The notes beneath the pieces are model-generated. The model saw only the letters and a program-made list of their open reading frames with translations. It was not told the DNA's origin and made no database searches. From an uncultured Bacilli bacterium (GTDB taxonomy: Bacteria > Bacillota_I > Bacilli_A > RF39 > UBA660): a stretch of 58,698 bases of DNA. The stretch is taken from the NCBI GenBank assembly GCA_944358815.1, contig CALVRX010000026.1, positions 1 through 58,698 of the forward strand. Direction: 5' to 3'. The translations under genes and the position numbers were made by a program. Positions 48,039 through 57,036 of the stretch are shown here, one piece after another. The first letter of the stretch is position 1. The number at the start of each line of letters is the position of its first letter.

Positions 48039-48117
48039 TTAAAACACACTCCTATTTCTTATATTTAATTTTACCATAGCAAGTTTTTAAAAGCAATTAA
48101 ATTGAAATTTTTGTGAA
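48039..48117 (-). repeat. Copy A of a duplicated 79-bp 5' leader and promoter (partner at 49976-50054)
   Basis: The 79-bp copies differ at only a few positions. Each contains TTGCTT (48091-48096), a 17-nt spacer, a TG-extended TAAAAT (48068-48073) and an AGGAGTG RBS. Confidence 0.8.
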
Positions 48118-48139
48118 AAAAAGTCCTTTTTTAGGACTT
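48114..48139 (-). terminator. Terminator after TIR paralog 1
   Basis: On the minus strand, aagtcct-aaaaa-aggactt is followed by tttttttcac. It overlaps the stop codon. Confidence 0.65.
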
Positions 48140-49975
48140 GTTTGATTTTTTCAATAGTTTAATATATTCGTTATCATTACCACTGTAAACGTAACCAGTA
48201 ATACCAGTATTGGTTTTTATTTTATACCAATATGAGCCGTATTCTTTTTCTTTATCTAATATGGTATATATTTCGCCTTCTTTTACTTGACCTAATACTG
48301 TATCTGAGATATTAGGGTACTGTCTAATTCTGATAAAATCATTTGTTATTTGAATTTGGTCTTTTGATGTATCGCGATTATTTTGCTGAGGAGTTGTTAT
48401 ACTAATAAGGATATTTATACCAATAAATAATATGGTTATAATAATAATTATAATACTGATGAATTTTTTTTGCTGTTTTTCTTTAGTTTTAAAGTTTTCT
48501 TTAATATTTTTATTTTTCTTTAGCTGTATATCTTTTTCTTCGGCAGTCATTATGGACTTGCTACTAGCATTTAAAGTCCAAGTCGGATTTATATAGAAAG
48601 ATATTATTTCAACTATTGTAATTATTAGTGCAAGAACCATAGTAAAATAGTTAGTGGTCAACATATTTACAGCAAATAAATATTCTTTATTTATAAGATT
48701 AGTAAAAACACCTGATAGAAAACTGGTAAAATATATAATTAAGATACATATTGATAATGTGCATATGATATTTTTATATTTATAGGTTTTTCTTTTAAGT
48801 GAAAAGACATAATATAGTATAAAGAATAAGGCTGATAAAAGAATTGGTATGATATTACTTGGTTTTAAGTCACTTCTGTCAATAATAAATATTAGAAAAA
48901 GGAAGTAGCACCAAATGATGGCTAAAAGACCAAGCGTTTGAATTATATAATACCAAGTCGGAAGTTTATCTTTTAAAATGGTGACTTCATATTTACCATT
49001 ACCTAAGTTTTTAGATTCGTCTAAGATATTTTGAACTTTAGCGATGGTTTCTTTATCTATGCCTTCGATATTATCGGTTTTAGCTTCGGTGATTATTTTT
49101 TTAATACCTCTAATTAAGTCTTGCATGGCACCTACTTTATCCATAGACTGGGCTTGAAGCATGGCGAATTCTTCTGGAAGTTTATAGGCATCTATTTTAC
49201 TATAGACGGGAATTAAGACTTTAGATTTATCTTTTTTAGACATTTCCAAAAATCTGCTCCATTCGTTTTTGACCCATATGGCATTGAAATTTTCTTCACT
49301 GGTTCCAACTACAAGCATTACTTTAGCTGATTTTAAAGCTGAATAGATATATGGTTCATATTCTTTTCCTAGTTTATCTTCTAGGGTTATTTTGGCGAAA
49401 AATACTTTATAACCTTGGTCTATTAGTTTATCATAAATATCTTCGGCGATGACTGAATCATGTGTTCTACTCCCTTTACTATCTGTTTCTTTATAACATA
49501 TAAAAATATCATATGGTTTTTCTTTTGATGATATAGCTAGGATGTTTTTTTGTATTTCATCTATTTGTTTAGCTTCTTTTTCATAAAGTTTTAAGGCTTC
49601 ACCATAAGAATGTTTTTTGATGAATTTATAGTCTGGATCTAATAAGATTGAATAGTTATTTGTTCTATGGCATGTTGGAATTTTGGTTTTAGTTTTTGGA
49701 TCATCGACGTATTCGACGCCATATTTACAAAGAAGTATACCCCAGTGGGCTTCTGTTTCATCATTATTTATTTTAAGTATAGTTTCATATATATCTTTAG
49801 CCTTATCAAATTCACTATTTAATCTTAGGTCATTAGCTCTATTATAAAGGTTTAATATTTTTTCATTATCAATATTCGGCAGGGTCATTACGCTTTTACA
49901 GTAGAGACATTTACCGGTATTTGTGCCTTTTATAGGTTCAATATCTCCTCCACACATTTTACATTTAAATGTCAT
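48131..49975 (-). CDS. Zn-ribbon / TPR-like / TIR domain / 5-TM / extracytoplasmic SH3b protein (paralog 1)
   Basis: Same architecture as paralog 2. Motifs are CKMCGG..CLYCKS, YDIFICYKETDS..VFFAKITLE..VMLVVGTS..AIWVKNEWSRF, five TM helices, and the SH3b-like IRIRQYPN..GQVKEGEIYTILD..WYKIKT..ITGYVYSG. Confidence 0.75.
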   Translation of the reverse strand: MTFKCKMCGGDIEPIKGTNTGKCLYCKSVMTLPNIDNEKILNLYNRANDLRLNSEFDKAKDIYETILKINNDETEAHWGILLCKYGVEYVDDPKTKTKIPTCHRTNNYSILLDPDYKFIKKHSYGEALKLYEKEAKQIDEIQKNILAISSKEKPYDIFICYKETDSKGSRTHDSVIAEDIYDKLIDQGYKVFFAKITLEDKLGKEYEPYIYSALKSAKVMLVVGTSEENFNAIWVKNEWSRFLEMSKKDKSKVLIPVYSKIDAYKLPEEFAMLQAQSMDKVGAMQDLIRGIKKIITEAKTDNIEGIDKETIAKVQNILDESKNLGNGKYEVTILKDKLPTWYYIIQTLGLLAIIWCYFLFLIFIIDRSDLKPSNIIPILLSALFFILYYVFSLKRKTYKYKNIICTLSICILIIYFTSFLSGVFTNLINKEYLFAVNMLTTNYFTMVLALIITIVEIISFYINPTWTLNASSKSIMTAEEKDIQLKKNKNIKENFKTKEKQQKKFISIIIIIITILFIGINILISITTPQQNNRDTSKDQIQITNDFIRIRQYPNISDTVLGQVKEGEIYTILDKEKEYGSYWYKIKTNTGITGYVYSGNDNEYIKLLKKSNKS

Positions 49976-50054
49976 TTAAAACACACTCCTATTTCTTCTA
50001 TTTAATTTTATCATAACTAGTTTTTAAAAGCAATTAAATTGAAATTTTTGTGAA
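49976..50054 (-). repeat. Copy B of the duplicated 79-bp leader and promoter
   Basis: It aligns position for position with 48039-48117. The -35 is at 50028-50033 and the TGaTAAAAT -10 is at 50005-50010. Confidence 0.8.
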
Positions 50055-50069
50055 ATTACTTTTTTATAT

Positions 50070-50096
50070 GAAAAAAAGAAATCTTAAGCGATTTCT
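50070..50096 (-). terminator. Terminator after the large CE4 gene
   Basis: On the minus strand, agaaatc-gcttaa-gatttct is followed by ttttttt. Confidence 0.65.
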
Positions 50097-51509
50097 TTAG
50101 TTATTGACTTTATGGGTTACCATAGGTGTTTGCATGGTTATTTTTTCAAAGGTATAGCCATTATTTTTACCATATTTGATTATATTATTGAGAGCATCTC
50201 TAGTTTGTGGTTTGACATCGTGCATTAGGACTATGTTGGAACGATTTTTACTAAGACCTTTTATGACGTTATTATAAACGGTTGTAGAATTTCTTGCACC
50301 ACCGGCATCATCTGAATCGACGTTCCAATCGAAGTAATGATAGCCTTTACTGACGACATCTTTGGTTAATACGCTCATAATGCCTTTGGAATATTTTTTA
50401 GAGACAGTATTTGAAGAACCACCTGGGAATCTAATTATTTTAGTTTCAGTACCGGTTAGTTTTTTTACTCTATTTTGAATTTGGGCTAAATCATTATAAT
50501 AGTTATCTACTGATTTGTATACTGTTTCGTAATTATGAGTAAATGTATGAAGAGCAATGGCATGTCCTTCTTGATATTCTCTTTGAATTAGGCTATCAGG
50601 ACCTTTACCAGTAACAAAGAATGTGGCTTTGACATTATTTTGCTTTAGTATATCTAAAATGACGTTAGTTGTTCCTTCATTTGGACCATCATCAAAAGTT
50701 AAGTAAATAACACCTTTTTTACTGGGCTTTGGATTATTTGAGTTATTTACTACTGGTTTATTTATAACTTTAATGGTTCTAATAACTGAAAAAGTATTAC
50801 CACTTAAGTCTTTAACAGTATAAGTTATTTTATAGGTGCCGGCTTTTTTGGTATTTACCTTGCCATTTACGATGACATTACTATTAAGGTTATTATCACA
50901 GTTATCTGATACAGTGTATCCTGGTTCTTGCCAGGTAGAGTTAGTATAAATGGTTTGATTTTGACTGCCTTTTAAGGTTATTGTGGGGTTTATTTTATCT
51001 TCTTTAGTGATGGTTCTAGTGATGGTAGTTTTATTGTTTGAGGAGTCTTGAACAGAGTAAGTGATAATATTATTTTGGGTGTTTAATTTGACTTTGTTTG
51101 TGATGTCACCATCATAGTTATCAGTAGCTTTATAACCTTCTTCTTTATATTCGGCATTTGGACAGATGGTGATATTTTGACTACCATTTAAGGTAATTTC
51201 AGGTTTTTCCTTATCGACGATAGTTACTTTTCTTGTTTTTTCAAAGGTAATTCCGAAAATTTTTATTTGATAAATTATATCATAGGTACCTAGTTTTTTA
51301 GGATTTATTTTATTGTTTATTTTTACTTTTTCAGTATAATTATGACCAAATTTAGTTATTGTGACACCTGGATCTTGGAATTTAGTGCCGTATTTTAAGG
51401 TAATGTTTCCTTTATTTAAGGTAAATTTAGGGGGATAAAATAAGCAAAATAACAAACTAATTAATAAAATTACAATTATTATAATACTAATTACATACTT
51501 CTTTTTCAT
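50097..51509 (-). CDS. Membrane-anchored polysaccharide deacetylase (CE4) with two Ig-like (DUF5011-type) repeats
   Basis: TM anchor, then two ~75-aa repeats (P.ITL.GSQN.TI..N....E.GY.A.DN.DG..). CE4 motifs are LTFDDGPNEG, HTFTH, RFPGGS and VLMHD. Confidence 0.85.
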   Translation of the reverse strand: MKKKYVISIIIIVILLISLLFCLFYPPKFTLNKGNITLKYGTKFQDPGVTITKFGHNYTEKVKINNKINPKKLGTYDIIYQIKIFGITFEKTRKVTIVDKEKPEITLNGSQNITICPNAEYKEEGYKATDNYDGDITNKVKLNTQNNIITYSVQDSSNNKTTITRTITKEDKINPTITLKGSQNQTIYTNSTWQEPGYTVSDNCDNNLNSNVIVNGKVNTKKAGTYKITYTVKDLSGNTFSVIRTIKVINKPVVNNSNNPKPSKKGVIYLTFDDGPNEGTTNVILDILKQNNVKATFFVTGKGPDSLIQREYQEGHAIALHTFTHNYETVYKSVDNYYNDLAQIQNRVKKLTGTETKIIRFPGGSSNTVSKKYSKGIMSVLTKDVVSKGYHYFDWNVDSDDAGGARNSTTVYNNVIKGLSKNRSNIVLMHDVKPQTRDALNNIIKYGKNNGYTFEKITMQTPMVTHKVNN

Positions 51510-51517
51510 AGTTACCT

Positions 51518-52132
51518 CTATTTATTTTGGTATTCTAGTGCTTCTTTTAAGGAATATTTACAGCCACAATAGTGCTGGCGATAAAGGTTGTATTGTTTGG
51601 CTAGTTCGTTGCTTCTTTTATAACCTTCTTTTTTCTTAAAGTCAGAATACAAATATTTAACATTATATTTTTTTGATAATACTTCACCAATTTTATTTAG
51701 TCTTTGACTATCTTTATAAGGGCTTACTGATAATGTAGTGGTAAAGTAATCAAATTTACATTTTTGGGCTATTTTGGCGGTTGTTTCTAGTCTAAGATAA
51801 AAACATTTAGTGCATCTTTGTCCACCTTCTTTTTCGTTTTCTAATCCTTCTGCGATAGCTTTAAAATCACTACTATGGTAGCCAATTTCTAGCAATTTGA
51901 CTTTAATATTCATTTTTTGAATAATTTCATTTTGAACTTCTAGTCTTTTTAAGTATTCTTTTTTAGGGTAAATATTGGGATTATAATACAGGACTGTAAT
52001 ATCAAAAAAAGGATAAAGCCGTTCTAATACAGAACTACTACAAACACCACAGCATGCGTGCAGAAGTAGTCTAGGCTTTCCTTTTAAATTATTGATTATG
52101 TCTTCCATGATTAAGTTATAGTTAGTTTTCAT
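51518..52132 (-). CDS. queH: Epoxyqueuosine reductase QueH (DUF208)
   Basis: LLLHACCGVCSS near the N-terminus, a central CTKC and the C-terminal HYCGC match the QueH cysteine pattern. Confidence 0.75.
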   Translation of the reverse strand: MKTNYNLIMEDIINNLKGKPRLLLHACCGVCSSSVLERLYPFFDITVLYYNPNIYPKKEYLKRLEVQNEIIQKMNIKVKLLEIGYHSSDFKAIAEGLENEKEGGQRCTKCFYLRLETTAKIAQKCKFDYFTTTLSVSPYKDSQRLNKIGEVLSKKYNVKYLYSDFKKKEGYKRSNELAKQYNLYRQHYCGCKYSLKEALEYQNK

Positions 52133-52168
52133 TTTATATCACCTTGTATCAAGAATATTATATCATAT

Positions 52169-53653
52169 TTATTTCACAATTAAAACATCGCCTGTCATTT
52201 CTTTTGGGATTGTTATTTGCATGATACTTAATATAGTTGGAGCAATATCAGCTAATTTTCCTTTTTTAAGTTGGATGTTTTCTTTAGTGATTAAAAATGG
52301 TACTGGACTGGTGGAATGTGATGTGATGATATTATTTTCATCATACATAAAGTCACAGTTACCATGATCAGCTGTTATTAATAAAAGACCGTTTAATTCC
52401 TTGATTTTTTGATATATTCTTCCAATACACTTATCGACGGCTTCTAGAGCTTTGACGGTGGCATTAAAGTTACCAGTATGACCGACCATATCTCCATTAG
52501 CAAAGTTTAAAATAATAACATCGTAGTTTGGCATTTTAGGTAGTAATGTATCTGTGATTTCATAGGCGCTCATTTCTGGTTTTAAGTCATACGTAGCAAC
52601 TTTTGGTGATGGGACTAGGATTTGGTCACATCCAATTAATTTATCGTTATTTTCGCCATCAAAGAAATATGTGACGTGGGCATATTTTTCGGTTTCGGCA
52701 ATTCTTAATTGCTTGAGATAGTTTTTTTCTAATATTTTTCCTAAATAGTTAGTGATACAAGGATGGGTAAATAAATTTGTACAGACAACGTTTTTATCAA
52801 CTGGCATCATAGTAACTAGTTTTAGATTTGGAATAAATGATCTTGTAAATTCATGAAAATCAGGATTAGTTAAGGCAGTAAAAAGTTCTCTTAGGCGATC
52901 TGGTCTAAAATTAAATACTAAAATGCCATCATTTTCTTTAATAATACCATTACAGGCAGAAAACGGTTTAATAAATTCATCGGTAATGTTATTTTTATAG
53001 CTGTTTTTTATTTTGGTTTCGACGTTATATGTTTTGGTTTGAGTTGTCATTTCTTTATAGGCTTTTTGGATTCTATCCCATCTATTATCTCTATCCATAG
53101 CATAATATCTACCAGAGATTGTGGCTATTTGACCAACACCGGTAGTTTTTATTTTATCTTCTAGAATTTTAATGAATTTTAATGATTCGTGAGGTTTTGT
53201 ATCACGTCCATCAGTGAAGATGTGGTAATACACATTGATATTTTCATCTTTTAAAATATCGATAAGCCCTAACAAATGGTTAATATGAGAGTGAATTCCA
53301 CCATCGCTTAATAGACCACATATATGAAGATCAGATTTATATTTTTTGACGTGTTTAATTAAGTTTTTATATTCTTTATTTTTTTTAATTTGGTTTGTTT
53401 CTAATGCTTCTGTAATAATATCTAGTGATTGTTTAGGAACACGACCTGTTCCAATATTCATGTGTCCGACTTCACTATTTCCCATTTGTCCTTCTGGAAG
53501 TCCAACATATGGTCCACTTGCTTCTAGGATGGTGTGGGGATATTTACTAAATAAAAAGTCTAAGTTTGGCGTTTTAGCAGCGTTTAGAGCGTTGCCTTCC
53601 TGATTTTGTCTAATGCCTACTCCATCTAAAATACATAGTAATAATGGTTTCAT
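52169..53653 (-). CDS. gpmI: 2,3-bisphosphoglycerate-independent phosphoglycerate mutase
   Basis: LLLCILDGVG, GNSEVGHMNIG, GLLSDGGIHSH, TDGRD, NFANGDMVGHTG and TADHGN. Confidence 0.9.
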   Translation of the reverse strand: MKPLLLCILDGVGIRQNQEGNALNAAKTPNLDFLFSKYPHTILEASGPYVGLPEGQMGNSEVGHMNIGTGRVPKQSLDIITEALETNQIKKNKEYKNLIKHVKKYKSDLHICGLLSDGGIHSHINHLLGLIDILKDENINVYYHIFTDGRDTKPHESLKFIKILEDKIKTTGVGQIATISGRYYAMDRDNRWDRIQKAYKEMTTQTKTYNVETKIKNSYKNNITDEFIKPFSACNGIIKENDGILVFNFRPDRLRELFTALTNPDFHEFTRSFIPNLKLVTMMPVDKNVVCTNLFTHPCITNYLGKILEKNYLKQLRIAETEKYAHVTYFFDGENNDKLIGCDQILVPSPKVATYDLKPEMSAYEITDTLLPKMPNYDVIILNFANGDMVGHTGNFNATVKALEAVDKCIGRIYQKIKELNGLLLITADHGNCDFMYDENNIITSHSTSPVPFLITKENIQLKKGKLADIAPTILSIMQITIPKEMTGDVLIVK

Positions 53654-53672
53654 TTTAACAGCTCCTTTTTAG

Positions 53673-54434
53673 TTACATATATATTTGAATTAAAGTATTT
53701 AAGTTTACTTGTAAAAGCAGTAATATAGTTGCTCCAGCAGCTAAAAATGGTCCAAAAGGAATAACGTTATTCTTTTTTTTGTGCATGATGATTAAGGCTA
53801 CTGGTAAACCAATAATAGAACCGACAAAGATAGCTAATATAGCGACCGGGTATGTTAAAACCATACCAAAAATAAATAACAGTTTAATATCTCCGCCACC
53901 CATAGATTCTTTTTTGAAGAGAAAATCGCCAAATTTTTTTAACAAATACATGGTAATAAAGGCAAGAACTCCATTTAAAATAGCAAATAAGGCTTGTTCA
54001 ATACCATTTATTAGTAATATTTCTATAAATAAAAGAATGGCAAATGTTAATAAAACTCCATCGGATATGATTAAATAATGGTAATCACTGACAACAATGA
54101 TAATCATTAATGAGACAAAGGTTAAGGCAATAATCAACTGTGGCGTTAATCCAAATGATATATAGCATAAAACGAACAAAATTCCAGTTAGTGTTTCAAA
54201 GATTGGGTAAAACAAGGATATTTTTTGATGACAATGTTTACATTTGCCGCCTTGAAATACATAGGATAGGATTGGAATTAGTTCAAAAAATGTCAATTTA
54301 TGATTACAATTTGTACAATGACTAGGTGGAAAGACTATAGATTCTCCTTTGGGTAATCTATAGCCTACTACATTGTAAAAGGAACCAAAAATAGTTCCCA
54401 TTACGAATAAAAATATACCAATTGCTACTTCCAT
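53673..54434 (-). CDS. Type IV prepilin peptidase (A24 family; PilD/ComC-like)
   Basis: The N-terminal Zn-binding cysteines are CTNC..CKHC, and GGGDIKLLF is the second catalytic Asp motif. ATG 54434 follows an AAGGTGA RBS. The longer ORF-track start would overlap pilC. Confidence 0.8.
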   Translation of the reverse strand: MEVAIGIFLFVMGTIFGSFYNVVGYRLPKGESIVFPPSHCTNCNHKLTFFELIPILSYVFQGGKCKHCHQKISLFYPIFETLTGILFVLCYISFGLTPQLIIALTFVSLMIIIVVSDYHYLIISDGVLLTFAILLFIEILLINGIEQALFAILNGVLAFITMYLLKKFGDFLFKKESMGGGDIKLLFIFGMVLTYPVAILAIFVGSIIGLPVALIIMHKKKNNVIPFGPFLAAGATILLLLQVNLNTLIQIYM

Positions 54435-54444
54435 AATATCACCT

Positions 54445-56175
54445 TTATGCTTGAATTTGACTATACATTGAGAACATTGGTACAACGATTGATAGAACAA
54501 TTATACCAACCATGACAGTTAATAGGATAATTAACGCTGGTTCAATGAATGTCTTAATACGTGTTACTGAGTTTTTATGTAAATCTTGATAATATAATGC
54601 AATTTTATTCATCATTTCAGGAAGTTGTCCTGTTCTTTCACCGGTTAAAATCATTTCATATGCTGGGATTGGGAATGCCCATTGGTCTTTAAAGGCTTCT
54701 GATATTGATTTACCTTGAGATATATTATTAATAGCATCGTAAATTAGTGAACGATATATTTCATTATTAGTTACTTTATCAAGTATTTCCATACTATCTG
54801 TTATATATACGTTATGTGATAGTAATGATGCAAATGTTTTAGAGAATGTGGTAACTTCTTTATAGATTATAACATCACCAAATACTGGCAAGTGCATTAA
54901 TAACCATTGAACGGTTCTTCTAAATGATTTAACATTTTTATATAAATAAATGCAAAGAATTAAAATTATAACAACAAATAGGCCAATATATATTATGTAT
55001 TTTTGTAAGAATTCACTTAAGCCTAGGACAGCTAGGGTAATGCCTGGTATTTCTGCATCATCCATAGTGTTATAAATTTCGACAAATTTTGGAACAACAT
55101 ATAGCATTATAAATGTTCCAACACCTACTGCGATTACAAAGATAATAGCTGGGTAAAGCATAGCAGTTACCATAGCTTTTCTAGTTGCTTCAATTTCTGA
55201 GAAATATTCTTCCATATCATCTAATGTTTCTGGTAATTCACCAGTCATTTCAGCAGTTTTGACCATATTAATTAAGATGTTTGGAAAAGCGTTTCCTTGT
55301 TTGGCTAAGGCTTCACTAAAACTTTTACCGGTTGTCAAATCATAGTTTAAAGTTGACAAAATTCTTTTATATTTTTTACTTTTAAATTGTTTTGATAATA
55401 TATTTATAGCTTCAGCTAATGGCATACCAACTTTTAGGTATGTTGATACTTGTGCTAAGAAGAAGATTAAATCTTTTGTTTTAAATTTATCATGTGCTCC
55501 GCCAACACTTCCATACATGGAATTAATCCATCTATTTGTTCTGATGCTATATACTATATTGTCTTGACTTTTTAAGTAAGAGTGAACTTCTACTAATGAA
55601 TAAGCAGAAAAATAGCCTTTTACTACTCTTCCTTCTGGAGTTCTAATAATATATTCATAAGTTTGTTTTTCTTTGGATTTTTCGGCTTCTGGACCATCGT
55701 AATTAATCGTCATTTCTTCAGCATTACGATATTTCTTTTGTAAGGCATTGCCTCCAAATACGTTTTTTAATTTGTCAGAAAATGATAATACGTCATTTCC
55801 AAAGCGATCTAATTTTTCACCAGCAGTTTTATTTTCTAGTTTTGAACTATCTTGTATATAATCATTTAGTCGTTTTTGTACTTTCTTTTCTTGAGTATTT
55901 TGCATTTTTTGTCTTGCAGCTTCTTCTTGTCTTTTCTTTAGGGCTTTTTGTTTTTCTTGTTGCGCTAATAAAACGTCTGTCTTTTTATATATTTCATCAT
56001 TTTTTTTAGCTTCCATGGTTGTTTTGCTCTTTTTATCTTTAGTAAATAGCTTAGCTATCATAGACGGAAATGCAATAATACCTAAGAATACATATTTAAT
56101 AAATGAAAAAATTGATTTTAAAACTACTAAAAATCCTTTATATACATATATAAATGGTGAAAGAACTGTTTTCAT
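54445..56175 (-). CDS. GspF/PilC-family platform protein with a ~170-aa N-terminal extension (TM helix plus Lys/Glu-rich coiled coil)
   Basis: There are two T2SSF repeats: GKSFSEALAKQGNAFPNILINMVKTAEMTGELPETL and GKSISEAFKDQWAFPIPAYEMILTGERTGQLPEMM. The canonical PilC N-terminus (YEYIIRTPEGRVVKG) begins only at about aa 172. Confidence 0.8.
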   Translation of the reverse strand: MKTVLSPFIYVYKGFLVVLKSIFSFIKYVFLGIIAFPSMIAKLFTKDKKSKTTMEAKKNDEIYKKTDVLLAQQEKQKALKKRQEEAARQKMQNTQEKKVQKRLNDYIQDSSKLENKTAGEKLDRFGNDVLSFSDKLKNVFGGNALQKKYRNAEEMTINYDGPEAEKSKEKQTYEYIIRTPEGRVVKGYFSAYSLVEVHSYLKSQDNIVYSIRTNRWINSMYGSVGGAHDKFKTKDLIFFLAQVSTYLKVGMPLAEAINILSKQFKSKKYKRILSTLNYDLTTGKSFSEALAKQGNAFPNILINMVKTAEMTGELPETLDDMEEYFSEIEATRKAMVTAMLYPAIIFVIAVGVGTFIMLYVVPKFVEIYNTMDDAEIPGITLAVLGLSEFLQKYIIYIGLFVVIILILCIYLYKNVKSFRRTVQWLLMHLPVFGDVIIYKEVTTFSKTFASLLSHNVYITDSMEILDKVTNNEIYRSLIYDAINNISQGKSISEAFKDQWAFPIPAYEMILTGERTGQLPEMMNKIALYYQDLHKNSVTRIKTFIEPALIILLTVMVGIIVLSIVVPMFSMYSQIQA

Positions 56176-56283
56176 TTTGACACCTTCCTATTCTCATACA
56201 CTAAATTTATTATAACATATTATGTTTTAAAATAAAACTTTTTTTTCTTAAAACATATAATATTTTAGAAGGGGGCATAAATC

Positions 56284-56628
56284 ATGAATTATTATAATCC
56301 GTATTATTATGTCATGCCATCGGTCAATTCTGGTTTGGGCAGAGGTTTATTTAGCAATACTTTAAGACATGGTATTAATTGGTCTTCTATTTTAAATGGC
56401 GCACAAAGGACGTTAAATTTGGTAAATCAGGCTATTCCTTTAGTAAAACAGGCAGCTCCTATGATGAGAAATGCTAAAACCATGTTTAAAGTTATGAATG
56501 AATTTAAAAAAGTAGAAACTCCAAATACAAATGTGTCAAATAGTGTTAACAAAAACGTTAATAATGAAATTATAAATAATGAAAATGCCCAAATTGTTTC
56601 TAGTAATGGACCTACTTTTTTTGCATAA
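56284..56628 (+). CDS. Small YqfQ/VrrA-like protein
   Basis: The Y/P-rich N-terminus and a central INWSSILNGAQRTLNLVNQAIPLVKQAAPMMRNAKTMFKVMNEF resemble the YqfQ family, recalled from memory. The RBS is GAAGGGGG. Confidence 0.4.
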   Translation: MNYYNPYYYVMPSVNSGLGRGLFSNTLRHGINWSSILNGAQRTLNLVNQAIPLVKQAAPMMRNAKTMFKVMNEFKKVETPNTNVSNSVNKNVNNEIINNENAQIVSSNGPTFFA

Positions 56629-56654
56629 AAACGTTAGTGAAATCTAACGTTTTT
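56628..56654. terminator. Terminator after the yqfQ-like gene
   Basis: 10-bp stem aaaacgttag/ctaacgtttt with loop tgaaat, followed by tttt. Confidence 0.75.
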
Positions 56655-56660
56655 AATTTA

Positions 56661-57036
56661 TTAATTTATAGTATATGGATCGGACTGAGTTCCACTGCCG
56701 GATAGTGTTAAATCAGATGATAGATAGAGAGCTGGACGGACACCAGCAGAATTATTAACAAGAATTCTATGTAAACTGCCATTGCTTGGGATATAATACA
56801 TATAATTAGAATTTCCGTACGTATCTGATAAGGTCCACCAGGAAGTATTTGAATTATCCATCCAAGTTGAATTAATACAAGATTGATAATTTGTATCATA
56901 TACATTTAATGACCCACAATTAGTTGTATTTGAATTTGTTCTAAAATATTCACTTAATATTGGTAAGGCTATTTGGCCAGACCATATTTCTTGATTTTCA
57001 TAACTTATTTGTGTGGCAAGAAATACGGTATCTCAA
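56661..57036 (-). pseudogene. 5'-truncated remnant of a DUF6273-like (WW..VRPAL-type) surface or secreted protein
   Basis: The stop-to-stop frame reads DTVFLATQISYENQEIWSGQIALPILSEYF..STWMDNSNTSWWTLSD..AGVRPALYLSSDLTLSGSGTQSDPYTIN. Upstream of the internal Met at 56861 there is no plausible start codon or RBS. Confidence 0.5.
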
